From the human T2T-CHM13v2.0 reference genome, Homo sapiens, in assembly GCF_009914755.1 (NCBI RefSeq), contig NC_060937.1: a stretch of DNA of 64,000 nucleotides. One strand, written 5' to 3'. Position 1 is the first letter of the stretch, and each line of letters starts with the position of its first letter. The notes under the pieces were generated by a model, which saw only the letters and a list, made by a program, of their open reading frames with translations, ran no database searches and had not been told where the DNA came from. Below, piece by piece: positions 1 through 10,900 of this stretch. The position numbers and the translations under genes were made by a program.

Positions 1-47
1 TGTGACAGAGCTAAATTTCCATCTTGGGGTCGGTCTCACTCCAAATT

Positions 48-682
48 AGTTGTTCTTAACCTGGAGCCACACCTCCTGGGGAGTGTGTGGAAAGAATTAA
101 GGGATTCCATGAACTTGAAAAAAAATTGTGTATGTTTGTTTTCATTTACTTCCTACCAAAATGGAACATTTTCTCTAATTATCAATGCGGACCCACCACA
201 GAAGCATCAGCAGTAACTATGGACTTTATCACCTGTAAATATCACAAAGTTTTTCTTTTTTTTTTTTTTTAACTACCCCCCACATTTTTTTTTTTTAACT
301 ATGAAAGAAATGGTACTCCTGCAAAAAGCCTTAGGATTTTATCATGACACAGTTGTGGTAGATATATTAAAATATCATTCACTTATTGAGAAATTATAGC
401 AGATTCTCATTAATATATTGATATGCATATTTCAAATATATTGATATGTGTTTCAATATAATTGTTTTCCTTTGTAGTGTTTTATTTTTATATTTACTAT
501 TATATTTGTCTTTATTATTTGCATTATCTTTATATTAAATATTTCATATTTTTAATATTAAATTTATATTTTATATATTTATAAACATTATTCTGCAAAG
601 AGTCCATAAATCATGAATCCATGAACCATGAGTCCGTTAGACTGCCAAAAGGATTCATGGCCGAAAACCTTGGAGACCTGAT
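48..682. mobile_element. hAT-Charlie DNA transposon fossil (Charlie4-like)
   Basis: Left end TAGTTGTTCTTAACCTGG and right end AAACATTATTCTG...AGACTGCCAAAAGGATTCATGG resemble Charlie4a/z termini; family recalled from memory. Confidence 0.5.
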
Positions 683-1041
683 CTAGAGCTTCACTTCTTA
701 CCTCATACTCTTGTCTGTGTTTTTTGTTCTTATGCCATATCTGGATATGGCATAAGAGCAAGAAGAAATTTAATGGTCTGTGCAAATTACAACTTAGCTA
801 TAGTAGTATTCAGTAGTGGCAGGAAAGAAGGGTGAGTGCAGCATCTAGAACATTTCACACATCTATTTCTAAACGCATGTGAATGCAGAACATTGAAAAT
901 AATGTCTTTATTTCCTACCGGTCAAGATCTCCAAGCATCCGTTCCTTTTTCATACATCAGTAACAATTGGCTGAAAGTTCTTTTCTTTTCCTCTGGTTTT
1001 GAGTTGTGTTTAGCTCATTAATGGTGCTCCGTTTTAGATGA

Positions 1042-1595
<554 letters not shown>

Positions 1596-2094
1596 CATGC
1601 CAGGCATTCTTTTAGATACTAGAGATACGGAGATGTTCTGAGGGAGGTTTTGAGGAATTTCTTTTTATTTAAAAGTGTTGGTTTATTAATTATTATTATT
1701 TACCTATTAACTGGATTGCTGGATAACTTTGTAACTTTACCCAGCTTCTGAGATGTTCCCACAGACACTCTGCTACTAGACGACCTTAGAAGCTCCTTGA
1801 CACTTGCCCGGGAGGATTTCTATGTTTCAATATTTACTCAGAGTGATTTTATGTCAATGTTCATAGATTGACTTCTAGTCCGTTACAGGGGCAGACTTAG
1901 CCCTGCTGGTTTATGGGGGCACCAAGTTATGTCAGAAGTATGGACCTGGAATAATGAAAGGGCCTATGTGCAATTTATTTTCCTTTCAGTAGAAGCACGG
2001 AATTGGAGCCAGGTGTGTGTATCTGTAAGCATATCATTGCAGCAGAGTTAAAATGCCACACCCCTTGTGAAAGGAAGGCCATGTGGATTGTCGG

Positions 2095-2250
2095 GGATGT
2101 TTAATTCCCACTCTGCCACTAACAACTTCCGTGACCTTGAGAATGAGAAAGTCAATTAACCTTTCCAGCTCTCAGATTCCTCATTTTTAAAATGATGACA
2201 TTGAACTATGAATCTCGAATATCTCTTCTAGCTCTAAAATTTTATGATTC
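2095..2250 (+). mobile_element. MIR-family SINE
   Basis: Core-like CTCTGCCACTAAC...GTGACCTTG...CTCAGATTCCTCATTTTTAAAATG and tail TCTAGCTCTAAAATTTTATGATTC. Confidence 0.6.
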
Positions 2251-3444
2251 CATGTTTTTGAGGTATCACATATATTGTAAGAACTTAAATTTACTTTTTA
2301 TTGATGTTTAAAAGATAGTTTCATTTTATAAACATCTGTTCCGTGGCACATCTTTGATGCTTACATCATAATTCAAAGGTGATTGATTTAAAAATTTCCA
2401 GTTAAAGTAAGAGGATTGGTTAATTCCAACAAATACAAAGCTTTGTACTATATACCTTAAATTACAGATCAATATTTTAGTCATGCCAAAGAGAATGGTA
2501 AAAAATATTTGCTAGATTTTGTCCAATATATGTATAAAACATACATATTTCTACATACAAAATCTTTTAATTATTGGATTAAAAACTGTAGGATTGAAGG
2601 TTTTTGTGTTGATTCTGCAATTTGACATACATGTATTTAAATATGTGTAATAGTAAATGTTAGATTTTCTGCATTGTTAGGAACTACATTGTTTCCCACA
2701 GTTTTTAGAGCACTATATTCTCATCCAATACTAAGATTAGCAAATGGTATTAGGTGAAACCAAGTGACAATGGATGGTTTTGATGTAAATTAAACATTGA
2801 TGCTCCAATCTGTGTACAAGGCTCTGTTTTACCACGGTGCTTTCTGGAATGTCACTGAGAAGGTCAGAAAGGCAGTGCATGAACTTTCTGTCTGTGCATT
2901 TCTCCAGAGGCTTTGGTGATATAAATCTAAAGAATAAATGTATTCGTGAAAGTTGTGCTGTCACTCTTGACTAAAGGTGATGAGTAGGATCCATCAAAAG
3001 TCTTAAAACACTTTTTGTTTCCCAAGGAAAAATTTTAAAGACTAAAACAGCAATATTAATTCACCTCATTTGTCCTTGGAAGTACTTATTTATGTCAAAA
3101 CTGTAACAGATGCATTTTATAAACTTTATCTTGACTTTTTTGTTTTCACCTTCAGTTGAGTTTCTACTGGGGTAAACTTGGAATGTTCTAACACTTAGTC
3201 TGGGGAGAAAAGTAAGAGAGGGGAATAGGTTTATCTTTAGCAATTATATTAAGTTAGTTTGTCAATGCACTTTGAGAGCCTGTTGAAAGGTGATTTTTCA
3301 GTTGCTAACTTCCACACAACCTGTAGCTATTAAAATTGTAAACAGTCATGGTAAATTCCAAACGCCTAAACTTGGTAGAGTATTTTGTCTGTGTATTGAA
3401 AAAAGATGAACCTCAGGGAGACGTAAACTTGCCCTCTAAGTTTC

Positions 3445-3765
3445 TTTTTTTTAGTTTTATTTATTTATACGAGACGGGATCTACCTGTCGCCCAGGCTGG
3501 ACTGCAGTGGTGTGGTCAGTCATCTGATCTCAGCTCACTGCAGCCTCAGCCTCCTGAGCACAAGTAATTTTTTCGTCTCAGCCTCCTGAGCAGCTGGGGC
3601 TACTAGTACATGGCACCACGCCCAGCTAATTTTTTTTTTCTTTTTTTTAGAGACGGGGTCTCACTATGTTGTACAGGCTGGTCTCAAACTCCTGGGCTCA
3701 AACTGTCCGTCCACCTTGGCCTGCCAAAGTGCTGGGACTTCAGGCATGAGCTGCCACGCCTGGCC
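3445..3765 (-). mobile_element. AluJ-type, full length
   Basis: Diverged dimeric Alu with ACTCCTGGGCTCAA; TSD-like CCCTC(T)TAAGTTTCT on both sides. Confidence 0.9.
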
Positions 3766-5547
3766 ACCCTCTTAAGTTTCTGATATGAGGTCTAGACCAG
3801 GGTGTATAGAAAAACTTTGATTTAAGAAAATTCAAATCTATCAGAGGTCCAAGACCAAAAATTAACCTCATTCAATTACGTAAATGCATTTGTGTCTCAG
3901 GAGTCAGGGTCTGCTGGGCTGTTTTCAGGACTTCTCATCCACCGTGGCTTGATAGTTTGCTGGAATCAGCACAGAAACTCAGTCTGGGTTTCCCTCTCTT
4001 GCCTTCATTTTCCTAAGAGAATTGGTCAGAGTTCCTGTGTTTGTGATGAGAAAGGGTCATACGTTTTTACTCTAAAGTTCTTTTTTCTACTTTCAACTGT
4101 TGTGGATTTAATGACAGTGTTCTTTGATCACAGTAAATATATGGAGCATTTGCCAAATCAGAAGAGGCATAAACCTGCTCTAACAATGTTTTTGAAAATG
4201 ACTGTGGAATGTGGTGGTTGCCTGTGGCAAAGAAAGATGAAGATGGCGCAGGGTGTGTCTGGCTGGTCTCAACTGTTAGCCTGCCAGTTTAACTGCTAGT
4301 CTGCTTTCCTGGTAACTCACTGGCTTGTATTTGGTAAGCACTTCCACCCTGGCCCTTTAGGGACTTATCCAGGCCCTGGAAGTCTGTAGCCTTAGCTCCT
4401 GCCTATCAATATCCCAGTACACAAGGAGTCAGAGGTCTGGACAGAAGGTGTGGCTAAACCTGGTCATAGAAGATTAAACAAGGAGGAGGCTGTCTTCCCA
4501 GCCTGTGAGAAAAGGACTGTTTGCAATAGACAAACCACCCAAGAAGAAAAACAAAAATCAGCTTGATTGATTTTTATTAGATCAAAGAAATCACTTGTTA
4601 CTTTTCATGGCCTTTGTTCTGTATTTTTCCATCTCTGAAAAGACATAGCACAGCATAACACTTCGAAGCCTATCAGGTAATTTTTGAAAACTGGACAACA
4701 GAGCAAGAGAGTTATAACTTAGGTTAGAAATGTGTTCTGCACAGTCAGCATTTCAAAGAAAATTGTATGTCTCAAATACGAGCGAGATTTTAATCAAATA
4801 CATTTATTTCGTTAGATATTGAAACAAAAGTACTGAGCTAAAAATGCTCAATTCTTTGTTCAGTGCTTTTGATACATTGAAATAAAACCTCTATTCTTCT
4901 GAAGAGTTGTTTCATTCTTGGCTAATACAGTTAAAATATTTGGTACATTATTTTTTAACATAACTTTAAATAATAGTTTATTTAAAAGGTGATGTATTCA
5001 GTGGTCTCTGTCCTATGGGAAATCACTGGTTCTAAACTTTTGAAAAGGGCTGCTTGTGCATGAAACTACCAAAACTACAGTATTTCAATATTAACTACTT
5101 TTATTAACTAATGAGTACATTCACAAGACATTTTCCAATGTTCAATCCGCAGTGCAGCAGATCCAAATGGCACATTTACAGACTGTAAGCCATTAAAATG
5201 ATACCACAAATAAGCCATTAAATTTTACCTGGTTAGTCAACAAATACATAATATGTTCTATTTTATTCAATGGCAGCCTTTGATTTTCACTCACAGGTAA
5301 AGGAATATGTTGAACTGGAAAACCTTTGCTGGTTACTCTCTCCTGCTGATGGTTTAGACATCTGGATAACTATGATACCACATGAAATTCCAATAAGCTC
5401 TGAACCTTTTCATGAAACAACTCAACAGCTGATAACAGGTGTTGTTATCAACCTTGTGAAACAGGTGACTGGTACATCAAAGAATGGTTACTGAGGACAG
5501 GTGACTCTATAGATGTAACGTGGATTGCAACATTCACTAGATATTAG

Positions 5548-5695
5548 AGCAGTGATTACCAAACTTTCATGTACCTGGCTCACCTGGGCATCTTGTCAAA
5601 ATACAGATTTTTAAATTAATTTGTCTTGGGTGAAGCCCGAGGCTCTGTATTTCTAACATGTTGCAAGGTGATGTAGGTTCATGGACTACATCAAG
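5548..5695. mobile_element. MER5A-like hAT MITE
   Basis: CAGTGATTACCAAACTT...CACCTGGG...AAAATACAGATT...TCTGTATTTCTAACA...GGTGATG...GGACTACA. Confidence 0.6.
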
Positions 5696-5780
5696 ATATG
5701 CTATTTATGGAATTTTGGTTGGGGAGACTATGGTGGATTAAATGTGTCTACTAACCATCTCATTATTAAGAAGACAATAA

Positions 5781-5980
5781 CCAGCCTGGCCAATATGGTG
5801 AAAGTCTTACTAAAAATACAAAAATTAGCCAGGCATGGTGGTATGTGCCTGTAATCCCAGCGACTTGGGAGTCTGAGGCACTAGAATCACTTGAACTCAG
5901 AGGCAGAGGATGCAGTGAGCCAAGATCGTGCCACTGTACTCCAGCCTGGGTGACAGAGTGCGACTCTGTCTTAAAAATAA
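5781..5980 (+). mobile_element. 5'-truncated Alu
   Basis: Begins at CCAGCCTGGCCAATATGGTG, then A-rich linker, complete right arm and short A tail. Confidence 0.9.
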
Positions 5981-6394
5981 CACATGAAAAATAAAAACTA
6001 TAAATGAATGTGACATATGTGTAATATCTGGAATTTCTTGCACTACTTTCTAATACTTTTCAATCTGGGCCATGTCTATGAAGACCAGAAAAGCAGATGA
6101 GAAGTAAAAGAAAATAATTCAAAAGTCCAGTACATATGTCGGATATTTAATTTTCATTTGATTGTCTATTTTTACAAAAATGTCCTATTTCCACGAAGCG
6201 ATTAACCATTTAAATGTAGATTTTTAGAACAACTTTCAAGAAATGCTATGTAAAAAATAGTTAATGGAGTCCTGTATACATCATTCTTAACCCATCTGAA
6301 AAGATTGTAGTCTTCCTTGTTTCATCTGCAAACTGTTTCATCTGCAATTTCCCATTGGATCACGTTGAGCCCAAGGAGCTTTACCTGCATAGAT

Positions 6395-6494
6395 ACTCTG
6401 GCCACATACCAGATGAGAATTAAGCGGGCTACCCAGGAATTAGACCTGTGACCTTGGTCTCAACACAATTCTCTGCTCAACTGAGCTAACAACC
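6395..6494 (-). mobile_element. tRNA-Ile-derived SINE head (MamSINE1-like) or decayed tRNA pseudogene
   Basis: Minus strand GTTAGCTCAGTTG...AGAG...CCAAGGTCACAGGT resembles tRNA-Ile(AAT) with CpG decay; anticodon arm degenerate. Confidence 0.55.
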
Positions 6495-7658
6495 TGCACA
6501 TTTGTAGCTGCCATGCTAAGGGAGATGAATGCCTCTTCCTTCTTTCTCCAGTTACTGAAGATGTTTCAAATGGTCCCTCTGGACTATTGAGATGCATTTG
6601 CTTGGAGTATCTGCCAGCTTAGGCTCGACATCAAAATTTCTTGGTGCATTTTGTCAAAGTACGAGGCTTACCTTGCTAAATCAAAGAGGCTTTCTGGACA
6701 GTATTGCCAGTAAACTAGATAATTGGGAATTGAAATCTTGGGAGAGTCATGGTACAGCCCAGGAGTATCTTTGTAAAATGTAGATGATTGTGTACCATCC
6801 TCTGCATACTGACAACCCAGGCTAAATCATTAAAAAATGTGATTTTGGCCAGAGCAAACCTTTTTCACTATCAAATCATCCATGTATAGCAGCGTCTGCA
6901 AAAGTGTTTGACAAAGGAAGTCACATCCATTTCCTTTTCACTGTTAACCTAGCAGAGCTTCCTAGACCAAAATTTTATTCTGCAAGAGAGCTGCAATGAC
7001 AGGAATATCTATTTGGGTTTAAATAGGAAGACATTTGATCATCCTGATCAACGTTTGGGATCTAGTGATTCCCAGGTTCACCTTCTGCAAGGAAATCCCT
7101 TATCAGAGCATATCTTGACGCTTCATGGCAGGGATTTTACTGGAAATGAATGTTTTATTCTCTTAATCATTTTCTCCCTCATGCCAGGTCTCACTAATCC
7201 AGCTTACAGATAGAACTCCATATTTACTAATCCTTTTGTGTGTAACCCATTTTTAAAAACAGCATCAAACTGGACACTCAAATGTCATTATATACATGTG
7301 ATATTTTATGCAGAACAGACTTCTAAAATGCAGAAAATAGTCTTGATTAAAATGGAAACCTTTTAAATAATCACAGGGTATAAAATTAAATGGAATAAGT
7401 CTGAAGTAATGCAAGTCAACCAAAACAGCTTTAACGCTGTTTTCCTCATTTCCCTCTGCTTTGTCCCCTGAAGAGTATAAAAATTCTTAGCAGTGTATTA
7501 ATGGAGTGCTGAGTGCCCCCCTGAGAGTACCCGACCCCTCCTCTCCAGAGTCACTGGTGTAATCACTGCCGACTGTTCACACTGTCAGCATTCTTTCCTC
7601 GCTGCCTCTGTTCAGGCCATTCTCCTTTGAGGCAGGCATCCCTTTCCTTTTTCGAAAT

Positions 7659-7850
7659 AAGGGTTCTCAACCGTGGGGCTGTTGATATTTTGGACCACGT
7701 GGTTTTCTAGTGTTGGTGGCTGTCCTGTACACCATAGGTTGTTTAGCAGTATCCCTGGGTTTCCTCTCTGCTAGATGTCAGGAGCACCCCTCCCTTGTAT
7801 ACCTGAAAATGCCTCCTGACAATGCCAAATGTGCTCTAGGGAACAACTCC
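7659..7850 (-). mobile_element. MER20 (hAT-Charlie)
   Basis: GGGTTCTCAACC...GGCTGTCCTGT...GTTTAGCAGTATCCCTGG...CTAGATG...TGCCAAATGT, the reverse complement of the MER20 pattern. Confidence 0.8.
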
Positions 7851-8794
7851 TTTTTATCCCTTAAGCCCAAGCCACACCTATGTTATGAAACCTTTCTTGG
7901 TCGTACATACTATTCCATGATTTTTCTATTAAATGTATATTAAAAAACTCAATGGCCTAAACATCTACTCATGGTGAAAAACGTGAAACAGCATCGAACT
8001 GTAGAGAGTAACAATAAGAGAATTATGGTCCCCACATCTCTTTTCTGACTTCCCTCCCATTAGAAGTAACCACTATTGTAATTTTATCAGGTCCCTTTCC
8101 AGATTGTTTTAGGCCATCTGAAGGTTAAAATGTGTTCTTATTGTTTTAATTTCCTTCTTTTTTATTGCTAGTGAATTTGAGCATGTTTTTATATTCTTTA
8201 GCCACTGTTATTTTTTCTTTTTGTATTGTTTCTTTAGTCTGCTTTTCCAATTTTTCATATTAATTTGGATTAAGATCCATATTCATGTTGTAATTATAAA
8301 TCACTTGCTTTTTATGTATATCGCAGATTTTGCCCCCCAGTTTGTACAACTATATGTGTTGTATTTACTATTAAGAAGAAACATCAAATTTTGAATACAT
8401 ACAAAACTATTAAGGTCCACATAAGGATTTATCTTAATAATTAAATGTAAAATGGTAGAAGAGAGTATGAGTGCTTAGCCTGCTGAATTTGGAGATGGAA
8501 TAAAAGGCACAAAGATTGAAGAGAAGCACTGATCAACACGCCCATGGAGTAGGTGGTTAAGCCAAGACGAGGAAGCATGTGAGGTATATGGATGTTGAGA
8601 CCACTACTGTGGTCTTCAGTACTTGTGTCTTTCAGCTGGATTTGTATGTTTTGTGCTCAGTAGCGCCTATTTGATGGCATAAACAAGAGAAAGCTGGGAA
8701 AATTGCTTATGAAGCAATGTAAATTCTTTGTTATCTTGACATCATTCCCCTCTTTACCATTTATATCTGAGCTAATTTGTATTGTAGTGACAGA

Positions 8795-9120
8795 CTGTAC
8801 ATTCAGCAACATGGATGGATTTTAAAAACATAGTGCTGAGATGAAAAGGTAAACAGCAGGGAATTTTTTTGTACAATATTACTTATGTAAATTAAAAACA
8901 AACAGAACACTACATATCTTACAAGGACACACACATATTGGAGGATCTATCTCAAACACATTATTAGAGGAGGTAGATGTCTATTGGGAGGGAGAGGAAT
9001 TGAGATGAAGACACAGAAAAGAGAACACAAACAGAGCTAGACAAGAAAGGAGAAATCTAGCAACAATTGCTGAACATAATGCACCGCGTACGAGGGAGCG
9101 TAATTAACGCAACTGCTCTG
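8795..9120 (+). mobile_element. Old L1M 3' UTR fragment
   Basis: CAGCAACATGGATGGATTTTAAAAACATAGTGCTGAG is typical of L1MC/ME 3' ends. Confidence 0.45.
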
Positions 9121-9859
9121 AGAACAGCAGCAAAATATGTCTGTTTATGATAAAGTACCAAAAACAGAAGTTTACATACAATGTGGCTAACTCACTCGTC
9201 ACCTGCTTGTGTAGCGATTATCACTAATCAGATTTTTCTAGTCCATTCAAATCAGTTCAAGATTTCATTGTCGTCCATATGCTAAACTCCGTGCTTGAAA
9301 TTCCAATGAAGGGCTTTAAAATTTAAAATTTCTGGGATGTGGTTTCCTTCAGTGTGAGATTCAGGGCCCAATGATGGTGTCTGCTTCTGAAGACATGGGT
9401 CAACTGAGGCATGTGTGTGCTCTCCCTGAGAGCAAGAATACTTTCTTTCCTGAGGTGTGTGGCAGCCCATCACGCAGACCCCCGGTATCTTTCCAGGCTG
9501 CTGTCCCACTCAACAATGTTAGGATTACAGGACACCTACAGTGTCCTCCCTGAGATCCCAGTGCCTTTGTGTATTTGGGAATTTCTGTGACTGCAGGTAG
9601 AGGATCATCAGAGCTGTGCACACGTTTGTCATGGGTGGGGAGGGAACAGCTGTCACTCCCTCAATCACTAGGCTTCTGTTTATTCTCGGGTTCCTTAGGG
9701 ATCTCTTCTCTATTTTCTATCTTTTCTTCCTTTAGGCCCTATATGCACTCATTTCCCTCATCCTAAAATGCCTCCTCTTCACCACACCTCGCTGTTCAAG
9801 CAATGCCTTCTTTCTTCTCATGATGAAACTTACGAAATTCTCTCCAAACGTCTCAATTT

Positions 9860-9998
9860 AGGATTCCTCCCCTCAAGGATACAAGAGAGGAGCTGACTTT
9901 ATCCACTGCAATATCTCTAATGTCTTTAACAGTATGTGGCATGCAGTAGGTGATCAGTAAATATGTGTGGAATCACTGAGAATGAATGAATGAATGAA
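9860..9998 (+). mobile_element. L2 3' end
   Basis: TGGCATGCAGTAGGTGATCAGTAAATATGTGTGGAA followed by an (AATG)n tail. Confidence 0.65.
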
Positions 9999-10194
9999 TT
10001 GCTAGAAGCCACTCTTTCAACTGCTCTCATCCACTCTCTGGCATATCACAAACTTTTCTTCCTAAATGTATTGATGCTGCCTTATTTGATAAAGTGGACT
10101 TTTTATTTGGCAAAATGTATGCCACTGTTTTTTGGCTACACTAATAATTGTTTTCTGTAACATTTGATCCAATATTTTCTCTCTCATTTCTTAA

Positions 10195-10900
10195 ACACCC
10201 GCTTTTCCTTGGGCTTCCAGAGCACCAGCCTAACCTGACCCCTCTAATAGGATTCCGACAATCGTTTTTGCTCCCCTTCTTTGGATCAGCTTCCTTCACT
10301 GATGCTTTAAATATTAATGATCCCTTTTTCTCGTCACCCATTCTTCAGGCTGTTGACTTTGCGGGTGCCTCATAAATATACAACAGCGGCCTCTCTCTGA
10401 AATGGCAGATCTATATTTCCAAAAATTTGTATGACATTTCTTTGCTTGAATATTTCACAGCGACTTCAATATTAGCACTTTCTAAATTATACAGACAGCC
10501 TCCCCTCCAGCTAAATTTCTTGTCCTTTCTCCTGAATTCACTCAGGCTAGGATCTCACTGTGCACCCAGCTTCCCACTCTGGCTGTGCTCCTCCTCGTTG
10601 ACTCCTTCGGCTCCTCCATCCCTTTCCGTCAATCATCCATCAAGACCTTCCATTGGACGTAAGGACTGTCCCTTAGGTCTGTCCCTTACTATCCATTTTT
10701 ACTGTTATCTCTGCACAGTGTTTCAGCATTTTCTGTCTAAATTTTCTTGGTATCACTGCTAACATCTCCCTAAGATGCAAATAGGATCCCCCATCACGAA
10801 CCTCAATTTTCTTCAGATTGCTGCATTACAAAACAGACTGAAATATTTGGGCCCATCCCCATTCTCCAAACTAATTTCCCATCTTTTCTCAATGAATTTT
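10195..10900 (+). mobile_element. L2 internal fragments (diverged)
   Basis: Pyrimidine-rich L2-like motifs such as TTCCTTGGGCTTCCAG and CAGATCTATATTTCCA; boundaries approximate. Confidence 0.4.

Noticed and set aside
2864-2891. Hairpin containing CAGTGC, possible iron-responsive element
   Set aside because: The five bases on each side of the loop (AAAGG, ATGAA) do not pair and there is no mRNA context
3892-4299. 135-aa ORF
   Set aside because: GTG start, no recognisable domain, length compatible with chance
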